From: Paragordius varius
Taxonomy: Eukaryota; Animalia; Nematomorpha
Assembly: GCA_964247055.1 (NCBI GenBank)
Contig: OZ176056.1
Coordinates: forward strand, 4,154,001 to 4,218,000
Direction: 5' to 3'
DNA: 64,000 nucleotides
Below the pieces are notes generated by a model. That model was not told the DNA's origin and did not search any database. It saw only the letters and a program-made list of their open reading frames with translations. This document shows, piece by piece, positions 22,449 through 35,868 of this stretch (position 1 is the first letter of the stretch; each line of letters begins with the position of its first letter). A program made the translations under genes and the position numbers.

Positions 22449-25173
22449 CAGGGGTGGCCACACTTTTTTTGTCGCGAGCTTTTTTTTGGCTTTTTTGTTA
22501 AAAAAAGAGTTCGCGGTCACCCAGAAATATTTATCAAAAAAACTCAATCAACACTTTAAATGATGTATACCTGCTTTACAGATTAGAGTGACTTGTTTAA
22601 ACCATTTTAAAATTGTAATTTTTTTATCTATCAACCAAATACAAAAATAATTTTAATTAAAAGACAACGGGTTATTAACTACCTTAATTTTTTAACCAAC
22701 ATAAAACACTTCAAAATATTTATTTATTAAATATCTATTATATGAAATTTTACAATATAAAAATTTAAACAATGCATTTGAAATTACAGGGGAGAATACA
22801 TTATGATACAAAAAATAAAAGAAATAAAAAATAGCATTCCAATTTAGAACCATAATTTGAACATAAATAAGAGTACATTAAAATTGTATCAGTTTTAATT
22901 CTATCCACATATTTTTTAGTAAATCGGCTTTTTCCTAAGCGAAAATACAACTCGATAAACATCCATATTTAATAAAGAAAAAATATTTAAAATGCCCGAC
23001 TGCGAAAAAATTCAGAATGTTTGTCTAAATTAGGTTCAAATGAAGTCAAAGCAATTCTCAAACATGATTCTAAATGTTTATTAGTTAATTGTGACCTCTG
23101 TTTAGTTTTGATAGCATTCATAATTGAAAAAGCCGATTCACATAAATATGTGGATCCAAAAAAAGAATTGAATAATGCAGCGGTTTTCCAAATATGGGGG
23201 TATTTATCTTTATTTATAAATTTATATATATCTGATCCTAATGATTTTAGATGGATATCGCATTTAACATTTATTAATTCCTCTTCCAACTCTGTAAATT
23301 TGGTACACCAAGAAAGTGCCTAGTTTTTGAGCAATATATTCAACATTATTATTATTATTAAATGGGCATGATAAAAAAATAGCGATGTCTTCAAGTTTAT
23401 TTATAGATGAAAATCGTTTTTCAAAATCATTAATAAGCAGACCAATATCATCTGCATATTTTTCAAAAGAGAGATTCTCTATTTTTTCAGACACCGCTGC
23501 CAGATTAAAAAAATGTTTTAAATTTCGGTTTTTTAATTGTGTTTCTACTACTGTTAGTGTTTCCTTAAAAGATTTTAAAGCACCCATCATATCCATTATT
23601 GTTTTATCTTTTCCTTGTAATTGGATGTTTAATTATGCAATTTTTCCGTGATATCGCATAAAAATGCAAGATCAAGCAGCCAATCTTGATCTTTCAATTC
23701 AGGGTATGAAAATTTAGAATTCTCTAAAAAAATTTCTATTTGTGGTAAAAGTTGCCTAAATCTAATTAAAAATGCGGCACGACTCAACCACCTTACATCA
23801 GTATGTAATAAAAGTTCTCCATATTCCACGCCGCACTCATTTAACAAAATTCGAAATTGGCGGCGGGACAAGCTTTTTGTTCGAATGGCGTTAACAATTT
23901 TAAAACAGGGGTTCATTACATGATGGTATTTTAAAACTTTTGAAAATAAAACTTGATTATGGATTATACAATGGTAATCAATGAACTTGGGAAATGCACT
24001 GTGATTTTTACATAAAGCGATAAAGCCGTTGTTAACGCCAATCATAGCTGGCCATCAGTAGTTATAGATGCGAGTTTTACGATCGGAAGTTTCGTATCTG
24101 TGATAAATTTATAAAAAGAATCAAAAATATCCTGCCCTCTGGTTCTTTCGTGGAGAGGTATTATAGTTAATAATTCCTCCTTTGCAGATAAATCACTAAA
24201 TATCATACGAATAAAAATGCATAATTGGGCGATTCCAACATAATCGGTGGACTCATCGAGTTGCAAGGAAAAAAAATACAGTTATTAATATTTTCATGTA
24301 AAATTTCATCAAGATTATTACTAATATCTTCAGCCCTGCGCATAACGGTATTTCTCGATAAGCTTATGCTTTTAATACCTGTCATAATATTATTTTTGTT
24401 ATCAAAATTTTCAAATAAAATATCACAAGCGCTAATAAAGGCTTCTTTAAATATTTCACCATCTTGGAATGGCTTATTGTTCCGAATGAGTATTTCCGCT
24501 ACCTTGAATGAAGCAATCGTAGCATTTTTATAGTCTTTGTTGTTAAGTATGCTATTTTGTGAGGCGGATAATTGTTCTTTTAATTCCTTTACTTTAATGT
24601 TGCGTTCTTGAGTTTGTAAGGGGTAGTTTTTGGAGTAATGTGGATGCAGAGATCTATAATGTCTTTCAATATTTGACTTTTTGGGCAAAGCAACAGTACT
24701 ATTGCATATTAGACAGGTGCATGTTTCATTTATCATAATAAAAAAGTATTCATGTTCCCAATATTTCTTGTATCTGTACAACTTTTTTTGGCTCATTCTA
24801 AAATATAAGTTTTAAAAACCTACTTTTGGTGTATCAAATCAAATCTAACTTCACGATTATGCTTCTGATTTATGAATAAGCTTTGCTCAAAGTTTTGATA
24901 TATTCAAGGGAAATGACTGATTTTAAGTTTTAATGCAAATGCTCCAAAACATATGAATTATAATTAATAAAATAATTTTTTACACCCTTTTCTTAGACGT
25001 TTTTTTTTAATTTAAACCGTATTTTTTTGTATTTTAAATTTAAATTCGCTCAGAAGTAGCCAACTATCCGAAAAAAATCAATAAAATTTTTTAAAAAAAA
25101 ATATTTCAGGCGGTCACTTTTTGAGTTGTCACGGTCACGAAAGTGACCGCGGTCACCTCGTTGGCCACCCCTG
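22449..25173 (-). mobile_element. hAT DNA transposon, SPIN/Charlie (GTF2IRD2-like) group, near full length
   Basis: 12-bp perfect TIRs CAGGGGTGGCCA / TGGCCACCCCTG; 8-bp TSD atatatat/atataaaa (6/8 match); the empty site tcatataaaagg is visible in paralogous repeat units at ~21045-21056 and ~27934-27945. Confidence 0.92.
22987..24796 (-). pseudogene. hAT transposase (~600 aa) split by 4 frameshifts
   Basis: N-terminal BED-type zinc finger (YWEHEYFF...CLIC...NIERHYRSLH), catalytic-region motifs LQLDESTD, ITTDG, YHCIIHNQ and VRWLSR, and C-terminal hATC dimerisation motif FGSTYLCESAFSIM...RSQL. Confidence 0.9.
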
Positions 25174-25563
25174 ATATAAAAGGTCATTTAAAATACGAAA
25201 AACAGTGTTTTTAAAAAAAATAAAATTCAGACAACAATGTTGCTAATTGCTAGCACATTAAAAACTATTTATTATACTTTTTTTGTCCATTTAATTATCC
25301 CACTTACACATACATGTCAAAATTATTAGGTAACAATGGTATTTATAATATCAAATATTCACGAATCAAAAATCCCAATGGATAATTTTTAGCATTTACA
25401 TAATATAATTTATATTTTATACAGATAAATTGTATTGGTATTATACATTTTTATTTATTTATTTGATCCGAACAAGTGCCAATTTCGGTTAAAATATCTT
25501 CTTAACCACCTATGGTGATTTTTTTTAAATCTCATGATAGTTCTGAAAAACAGTCGTGATTAC

Positions 25564-26456
25564 TTATATAACATATTCAATATTTTCTATTTGTACAAGA
25601 TAATTAAATAGCTCATTCAATGCATTAATAATTTTATTAACATTGTTTTGCAATTTCGTTCCAATGTTTCTTATAGGGCGTAATTTCATATAAATTTGTT
25701 CATTGTCACTGGTGTCAAAATCAGTTACCTCGCCCAACGCGTTTAAACATTGTTTTTTTTGGATATCAGCAATCATTTCAAACATTTCTTCCAAATATAA
25801 TTCCTGATAATAGATTATGTTTTGAATCTGTAACAAACATAATTATATAATTTACATTGAATATTAAATTTGGTAGAAAAGCGACAAATGTTACTTATTT
25901 CCAACTTTCTCGAAAAAAATGCAATCGATAAACTAACAAGATTGAAAACAAATTATTTTTACACCTGTATGTTTTCGTTGAATACTTCTTCATTCTCTTT
26001 ATATAAATTTTGAAGTATGGAATTCAGGTGTTGTAACTTAGTTAGCAAGATTTTTATTTGACCCCATGTATTGATAGCGGAATCATAAGTGCGCCCAGTT
26101 TGGGGCATGTAGCTTATTATGTGTGCTTGAATTTCTTGAATAACTTGAGAATATTTAGATAATATATTAAATAATTTTGATTTATTTAAACTATTTCTGC
26201 GTAGATTTTGAGGATGGTTATATGTTGTCAAATTCAATTTTATTGATTCATTTTCAGGCCAAAGGGTAGTAGTTTCACTCTAATCCGATAAACTAGATTT
26301 TATTTGGCTATCTTGGCGAACCATTTTATTTTTAAATTTGTTTTTTGTATTGAAGACAAAACATTTTCGAGACTCGCTTTTTAATAATTCAATGTCCAAA
26401 ATTTTGTGATACAATACGGGATTTAATGCCATATAATTCAACAAAAAATTTTGCAT
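25564..26456 (-). pseudogene. Orphan tandem gene family, copy 3 (premature TAG shared with copy 2)
   Basis: In-frame TAG at 26280-26282; second exon translates identically to that of copy 1. Confidence 0.65.
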
Positions 26457-26923
26457 CAGATAAAATAAAGAAAAATTATTATTATATTTAAGCTTTTAGG
26501 TTTTTAAATAATTAAAATTGACGCATTACTATTCATTATTTTATTATTACAATACTCATTATTTATTATCATATTTTAAAAAAAATAAAATTCAGACAAC
26601 AATGTTGCTAATTGCTAGCACATTAAAAACTATTTATTATACTTTTTTTGTCCATTTAATTATCCCACTTACACATACATGTCAAAATTATTAGGTAACA
26701 ATGGTATTTATAATATTAAATATTCACGAATCAAAAATCCCAATGGACAATTTTTATCATTTACATAATATAATTTATATTTTATACAGATAAATTGTAT
26801 TGGTATTATACATTTTTATTTATTTATTTGATCCGAACAAGTGCCAATTTCGGTTAAAATATCTTCTTAAGCACCTATGGTAATTTATTTGAAAACTCAT
26901 CATAGTTTAAAAATGGTGATTAT

Positions 26924-27830
26924 TTATATAACATATTCAATATTTTCTATTTGTACAAGATAATTAAAGAGCTCATAAAATGCATTTATAATTTTATTTA
27001 CATTGTTTTGCAATTTCGTTCCAATGTTTCTTATAGGGCGTAATTTCATATATATTTGTTCATTGTCACTCGTGTCGAAATCGGTTACATCACCCAGCGA
27101 ATTTAAACATTGTTTTTGTTGGATATCAGCAATCATTTCAAACATTTCTTCCAAATATAATTCCTGATAATAGATTATGTTTTGAATCTGCAAAAAATAT
27201 CATTATATAATTTACATTAACAATTTGAATATTAAATTAATAGGTAGAAAAGCGAGAAATGTTACTTATTTCCAATTAACTATCTCGAAAAAATGAAATT
27301 GATAAACTAACAAGATTGAAAACAAAATATTTTTACACCTGTATATTTTCGTTGAATACTTCTTCGTTCTCCCTATATAAATTTTTAAGTATGGAATTCA
27401 GGTGTTGTAAATTAGTTAGCAAAATTTTAACTTCACCCCATGTATTTATAGCGGAATCATAAATGTCCCTAGTTTGGGGCATGTAGCTTATTATATGCGC
27501 TTGAATTTCTTGAATAACTTGAGAATATTTAGCTAATATATTAACTATTTTTGATTTATTAAAACTATTTGCACGTGCATTTTGAGGTTGATCGTATGTT
27601 GTCGAATTCAATTTTATTGATTCATTTTCAGGCGAAAGGGTAGTATTTTCACTTGAATCCGATAAACTATATTTTATTTGGCTATCTTGGCGAACCATTT
27701 TATTTTTAAATTTGTTTTTTGTATTGAAGACAAAACATTTTCGAGACTCGCTTTTTAATAATTCAATGTCCAAAATTTTGTGATACAATGCGGGATTTAA
27801 TGCGATATAATTCAACAAAAAATTTTGCAT
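26924..27830 (-). CDS. Orphan tandem gene family, copy 4 (intact)
   Basis: Open exon 27339-27830 and exon 26924-27187, same splice sites as copy 1. Confidence 0.6.
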
Positions 27831-29633
27831 TTGATGGAATAAAGGAAATCAGAATATTATAGCTTTTAGGTTTTTAATAATATTGACGCTTTACTATTCA
27901 TTATTTTATTATTACAATACTCATTATTTATTATCATATAAAAGGTCATTTAAAATTCGAAAAACAGTGTTTTTAGAAAAAATAAAATTCAGACAACAAT
28001 GTTGCTAATTGCTTGCACATTAAAGACTATTTATTTTAAACCTTTTTTTTTCATTTAATTATGATTATCCTATTTAGAAAGACATGTCAAAATAAATAGC
28101 TTAAAATAGTATTTATTCTAAATTTGAACGAGAATATAATGTATTAAATTTTGAAAATATAAATTAGGAAGTATTTATCGAAATCGATTGATTTATAATT
28201 GAAAAGATTTGTTCTGTATGCGTTTTTCAAAATTCCTTTTTAAAATAACATTTTGGTTAAATTCTACGGATTGGAGCAATAAATGGTAGCCCTCTAAATT
28301 ATCATGAGAATCTTTTAATTATATAAAAGTTATTAACAAATTTTTGAATCATTCATTACATTAAAACTTTTGATAGTCCAAATAAAACATGTATATAAAT
28401 AAGTCACTTAATTTCATCAATATTTTATCTTATGCTTTATAAATAATTAAGGTATTGATTGATACAGGTTATACCGTGTAAGCTTAATTTGGCTCCCTAT
28501 ATTAAATATATTTCATGCTAATTACTTTTCATTCAATTTTTTAGCTGATTTTCTAATCAACGGTTTCAAATCAGTTCATATGACGCGGATAGCGCAAGAA
28601 TAGTTTATATGGATATTTCTGGAAGGGATTTTTAATATAAACGCTTAGATTAACCCTATAATGTAAAACCGCGGCCCTCAAAATGCTCTTTTATTGCCCT
28701 GCTTTAAATGATAATTTTGTGATGTTTATTTTGAGTATACTTACTGTAAAATTTTCAATCGGATATGAATTTTTATGTGGTATTATACGGTGCACGGCCT
28801 TTTAAATATATTTTTCGTCTCTGTAAATGATTTTTTGGTAAGTTTCACTGGCTAAGATTAACCCGTAGCATGTAAAAAACTAATATATAGTTTATGAAAA
28901 ATGTTTGAAAACAGTTGAAAAGGTACTTTTAATAAAATTATATATCACTTCAAAGCACTTTATAAATTGATTGGCGTCGTCAACCGTTCAATTATCTTAG
29001 TCAAAAGCATGTGTGATTTGGATAAAAATATTGCTTACAGCTAATACTTATAAATGACAAAAATAAACTCAATTGATAAACTATCAGAATCACGGACATT
29101 ATTAAAGTAAAAATCAGTCAGACCCCACCCTATTTGAAATTTATGGTTTAATATTTTTTGATAAGACAGGTGTTAATAATGTTGCTAAATTTTATACTGA
29201 ATCTTTGGATCTTTAAACTTTGTAAAATATATTTTTTAAATTATAAGTTAAAAATGTTTATTTTATAAAGAGCACACAAGATTGATATAGAAGAGTGAAC
29301 AATGGTCAATTTATCAACGAGTATACACGTAAACAAAAAAAGTAGTAATAAAATGTTAATTATTTTTAATTATAAACAATGTTACCTTAATTCTAATTAT
29401 TTAGTTTTTTAAAAAAAAAATTGCCAATATTAAAATTCAAAACGGCCCTCTTATTTTAATGATTAATGATATATTTGCAACTTTTAAATTTATTCATTTA
29501 CGAAGATATATCTATTATTCTATGATATGTACAAATATCGAGTATTTATCAAATTTCTCAATTATATAAAAAAACAGCTAAAAATTGTCTAAAAATTTCG
29601 TAGTTGTAAAAAATATTTTTTTATCAATAAAAA

Positions 29634-32600
29634 TCATCTTTTCCGTTTAGTTTTTCGGCAAGCGGGAGAACGGCAATGAGACTTAGATTTCGCAGTAACC
29701 TTTCTGACATTAATATTATTTGTTTTCGGGGATGCATCGTCGTTTTGTGGTGTAATATAATTTTGTTCATAATTGTTGCTTTTTACAGACTTTGTAGTGT
29801 GATTTTGATAACCTAAATATATTAATATATATAAAATCAAATATTTGAAAATATTTGGGTTAAAAAAATAAACTTGAAATACTTACCCGATGTTTGAAAC
29901 TGTGAGGGAGGTAAATTATTTACATGGATTGCATTTATGTTTGAATCATTGTAATAGGTATCAAAATTTGAATCATAATTATAATCTGTACGCCTTACTT
30001 CCGTTCCATACTGTTTTGATAAAATAAGACCATTATCCTCGATTGGGCTGGGAAAATGTACATTTTTCTTTACAGATTTTGGTGCAATTGCTTGAGTATT
30101 TTTTGGAGTAAGTCTCATTTGAGATTCAAAGCTTTCCACCTGGAGATAAAAAAAAGTTAGTTTTATATCAATAAAACCATATAAAAAACAAAGTTAAAAT
30201 ACCAGTCGATCAATGCATTTAAATTGCCAAGACCATGTGACATTGTAAAGGAATTGCCTTTGATCAAACCTATTATCATCTGGACTGTAGGATTCAGCAT
30301 AGAATGATGGAGTTAAAACAGTCATTTTATGGCGATTTATAGCGTAATAAATGAAGAAAAATTTGACTTTTTGTGCAATCTAAAAATATATGTATATTAA
30401 TAAGAAAATATGTATTTAATCATTAATATATTTTGTAAAAAGAACAATGTTCATATATTAACAATAAATCAGAATAAAAATTAGAATTATATGGAAACTT
30501 CAATATAAAAGCCAAAGTTTTTTCATTAAATTGACAATATTGAATAGGTAAAAGAATGACTTTATTATGAAAGTCAACCATATTTATTATCCAATTTTTT
30601 TCCATAAAATCTCTGAAAAGTATGGTTAGCCCCCTATTTTATAACCAACGCAATTGTATTAAATAAAAAAAGTCATATGTTACGGGGATTACTTTAAGGA
30701 TTTTGTCTTTTCCATATAAATATTTTCAGTTTACTCCATATATATATATCAATATGTAACATCTGTTTTCAATTATTATTATTATTAAATATTTATTAAC
30801 CTGTGATGGTGTATAAAGATGGCTCCATATTTGCAGTAATTTAGTGAACATTGAATAAGGTCCACAAAATTTTTGTTTCCTTAGCTTTCCGTAAAGACTC
30901 AATTCTTCATATGTCATTCCCATGTCCTCTTCGTCTGTTTGAACTATTACGCCTATAAAGATTTTAAAATAAACTTAGTAATGCGCAATTCAAATTGGTA
31001 ACATTTTTATTAAGAAAAAAAACTACGACATAGTATTTGCTAAAAAAAATTTTTTTAAATAACAAAATCTAAACAATCCTAATTATTGAATCATGTTACA
31101 GAAAAAATAGTTTTAATATATTTTCATTTATAAAATATTCCAAAACCATCTTTTTCTAAAAACGTTTAAAACAATTTTTTGAACCTAAATTGGTATATAG
31201 CACTTTTTTTAATAATAATTATCTCAAAATTAACTTAAAAAAGATTTTAGAATAAATTTAGTAATGCGCAATTGAAACATGTAACATTTGTATTAAGAAA
31301 CGTCTATGAAACATAGTATTTGCTAAAAAAATTTTTTTTCAAAAATAACAAAATATAAATAATCCTAATTATTGAATCATGTTACATAAAAAATAATTTT
31401 CATTTTCATTTATAAAATATTCCAAACCATCAATTCCTAAAAATGTTTAAAGCTATTTATTGATTGGTATAGCACCTTTTTTTAAGATAATAAATATCTC
31501 AAAACTAACTTTTGTTTAGTTAAAAAACTACCACTCTAGTGTTATTATGTATGAAAAATAATCAATTTAACAAAATTATACCAAATTTTCCAAAATACAT
31601 TTACCAAAAACTCTATTGAATTCAATTTAAACAATTAATTAACCATCTTCCAGGGGTGAGAGTTCAGCCGTAGGCTTAGCCTTAAGTATTTCAGTCAAGG
31701 CTGAAAATTTTAACCTTTCCAAACAATGTTGAAGGAATAATCGTAAATCCAATTTTGAAATTCCACCAATAGGGTTTATATCGGCACTACTGCAATCATA
31801 TTTTGTCATGTATCCACGTAAACTAAATTTACAGTAAAAAATATTGTTTGAAATATATATCATCTTTATACGCTATTTTCTCCTTTCAAAGGAGGTAAGC
31901 GTGTTATAGTTTTCCATTTGGTTCTGTCTTCAGCTTTTTTTTATTTCAGTTTGAAATATATGTTACAAAGGTATAAAATAAAATAAAGAAGATATTTACA
32001 GAATTCATCCTAAAACAAATCAAATAAAATGAGAAAGAATGGTATCATAAAAATCCTACAAATTTTGTTTTCTAAAAAAGTTTTTTAAAAAAAAACAAAA
32101 TTCAAAAATAATTATTTTCATTACCATTCATCCACATTTGATGAACCTAAAACTAGCAGGGAGCCGGATTTACCTCTGGCCCATCGCATTAATTGTGCAA
32201 AAAAATAGGATAGGACCTAATTATATTCAGAATCATACATTAATTATATTGACAAAGGCAAATTTAATCATTGTTAACCAAATCAAAAAATATTTTACGA
32301 GTCGTCAATATTTATAAAAGTCAATTTTGAAAGTTTTTTTTCATTTAATACTAAATCAAAAATTTGGTAATTAAATGAAAAAAAGTAGATAAATTTTATA
32401 ATCATATTTCAGTCCAAAAATATCAAAATTGTATTATCAAGGGGCAAAAATATCTTTTCTAATAATCTCTATATTGTTATCATTGAAAAAAAAAGTTTTT
32501 TAATAATTTATAGATAGTTTTGGCAAAAAATCGAATAAAATGATAAAACATGATCGCAAAGCTTTAAAAATATTCCATTTTTTAAGTCCCAAAAAATAAT

Positions 32601-32859
32601 AAGATTTTTCTTTTTAATATACCATTCTCATTCGTGCTTGTACATTTTGTAGAGCTAAATCTTCCCTAGGATCTATAACAACAGACTCATCATTTTTGGT
32701 ATCGGTAAGAACAGATTTTTTATCATTATTCACTGATAAATTTTCCTTGTTTTCAATGTCAGCAGTAGTATTTATCTTTTTACCATTTACAGTGTTGGTG
32801 GGACTTGTCGTTTTTTTCACATAAAAAAATGGTTTAGGTGTTGAACTTTGTTTACGAAA

Positions 32860-32942
<83 letters not shown>

Positions 32943-33559
32943 ATAACATTTTTCAGTAAAAAGCAACACTTTTTGATCAAACGCAACATTTATTCAAACA
33001 AAGAAACATCTTTTAAGCGAAGACAACTGAAACGTAACGCTTGGATCAAAAAATGTTACGTTTGCTTGAAAGATTGTTGCGTTTTGAAAAAATGTTGCCT
33101 TTTATTGAAAAATAATATTTAATAAAGTTTCACAAAAAAACTTTTTTCATTAAAGTAACTGAATTCGTAAAATTGTTCCAATACAACTTCGCTAGTATCA
33201 AAATTATTATAAATTTATTATTACCTAAAATATACACTTGTAAAAAAATATATGTCATTGTTTTTATGCATAACAATTGAATTTTGATTCGGGGATATTA
33301 AAAAAAACACTAACCTAGGAGCTTTAGATATACCAGCAACGGTGACAAATGTATTAACTATACATTTAACCGCCATATCTATAGAGACTTCAATGACATG
33401 TGTCGTACTAAATCCACAATTATCACAACCGCCTAAATGGTAGGAACCTAAAAAAACATAAAAGTTTAAATCATTTGACTTAAAAAGTAATTTGAATATA
33501 GTAAAAATTAAAATAATTTCAAATATTTTTATTATGAGGGTGATTATCTTGATTTACCA

Positions 33560-33639
<80 letters not shown>

Positions 33640-35834
33640 TCCCTATTTCGCAACATAAATTTTTCTTTTAAAAAAAACCATTTGTGTGATTTATCTTTAT
33701 ATTTTCATTTTGCTGTAATATTCAGTCAAGCCCATTTTTGTGCAAAATATCTTGTTTAATCAATACTTACCTCTATTTGTAACAAAAAAATGACTTTTGA
33801 ATCTTTATAAATTATTTATGCGCATGATAAAAAAAGTGATTTTTTCTGCATGCATACAAATATTATGAGACCACTTCTTCGAAATTATGCGTTTTACTTT
33901 GGATATTAATATTTCCAAATTTGTTATTTGACTACAGTTCTTAAGGCGTACATTTAGCTATGTGACTTAAAAAGAACATATCATCGTATAAATCACAGTA
34001 AAAACTTTAAAACTAGAACCCTTTTCTAAAAATTGTTTTAAAAAAAACAAATTAAAAATTAACCTTGTACCAATTTAAATCATCATTGTCAAAAAACGAA
34101 AAAAAAAGTAAAAAAAGTCTAAAAAATTAACCAATTTGGAAAGCTAAATCGCTCGCCCGTGTTTTCGTTTCTCGAGAACTATTTGCTGAAGAAATATAGC
34201 ATGTCGTAAGTAATTGATCACAAAGCCATTTAGGATCCATGGGCGTTGGTAAAACATCCACGTTAAGGATGCGTTTTAAATCTTTACTAACCAATTCTAC
34301 CGTATCAGGTGGGGTAGTTATGTTAAGCTCTTAATATTTTACATAAAAGATATTAAAAGATAAAAATTGGCGAAAATATGGGCTAAATAAATTTTATGTC
34401 TTAAAAACCCGAAATCCGACCCAATATAGCTAAGCCTAAACAACCTGCTTGAATCAATTTTTCAACGACATTTTTTTCATAGACACTTTTTTTCCGGACT
34501 TTTCCTTTTTTCATTAAATTCATTATCATCATTCAAATTTTAAAATATAATGTTTTTGAAAATCTTTAAAATAGCAAAGAGAATATAATTAAATTTAAAT
34601 CTACCTAACAAAGCGTTAACCTTTCTAACCGTCATTTATATCCAGGAACTTTTCCGGATTTGTCGTTTTTCCAAGAATCTCACCAACATTACTCAAATGG
34701 AAAAAAAGTTGTTTAATTTTAGTCAATCTTTAACACATGCATTAAATATAAAATTCATCACATCATAAGTTAAACCTTGTTGATCAATTTTTTACTGTCA
34801 ATAATTTCCCTGAGTTTTCAAGATTTTTTTTCAACTCTCATTTATATATTATATATATACCATTTACAGTTCAAATTCACCCTTGAACAATTCAAATTCA
34901 CCCTCGAACAATTCAAATTCACCCTCGAACAATTCAAATTCACCCTCGAACAATTCAAATTCACCCTAAAAATAAATTATGTGTTTTCGAACTAATATAA
35001 CTCATTATTAATATAAAATATATCTTTATGGCATAATTAATTATTTTTTTCAGTATTATTTTAATTTAAAACAAAATTTTTTTTTTAAAAATATATTAAA
35101 ATATAGGTAATTTTTAATCTTAAAAAACATGTTATTTATTTGAGGGTGAATTTGAATTGTTTGAGGGTGAATTTGAATTGTTCAAGGGTGAATTTGAATT
35201 GTTTAAGGGTGAATTTGAATTGTTTAAGGGTGAATTTGAACTGTAAATGGTATATTTCTTTTCATATTTTTAAAGCTGACAACTACAAAACAGCGCAAAA
35301 TTAAATATATAAACATACAAATCAAAACCGTTAACCTTGTTTACCGTCATTTTTCTCTGATAACATTTCCGAATTTTCGCATTTTTTGACATCATTAATT
35401 CCAATCTCATTATTCTCATTATTCGCATTCAGCGTTTCAGTCAACATTTGACACATGTAGAATACGATACAAGCCACACTGGCAGAATCTAAGCCTCCAC
35501 TCAGGGGTAAGAAAAACCCACCTTGACCCGACCGTCTAAGATAATCCCAAAGCCAAAGGGCAGGAGCTCGCCCAATTTCTTCGGCCGGTGACCAATACGT
35601 CCATTCACTTAATGGGGTCGTAGTTATGGGGATTGGGAAAGGACACTATAATAAAATAAAAATATATAGAATGCATATTAATGCTTACTTATTTTCACTA
35701 TAGCTGGTCAATTGGCAACACAGTAGTGTATGAGCAAAAACAACAAAATGTTGAATAAAATTTTTTCTTTTTTACAATACTTTAATTTTTATTCCCTATT
35801 TTATTGTGTTTTTTCATACAAATCGACTACTTTA

Positions 35835-35868
<34 letters not shown>

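Noticed and set aside
23021-24533. Plus-strand ORFs 23021-23323, 23385-23651 and 24225-24533
   Set aside because: Antisense shadows of the hAT transposase.
32864-32949. Poly-(IY) N-termini in ORFs 32614-32949 and 10257-10541
   Set aside because: Translation of intronic (TA)n microsatellites next to real exons.
34861-34970. Regular 19-20 nt repeats (also 44690-44790, 46300-46420) resembling a CRISPR array; ORF 34777-34995 reading (FKFTLEQ)n
   Set aside because: Units are contiguous with no unique spacers, occur inverted at both ends of MITE/foldback arms, and the DNA is eukaryotic; the ORF is a by-product of the repeat.
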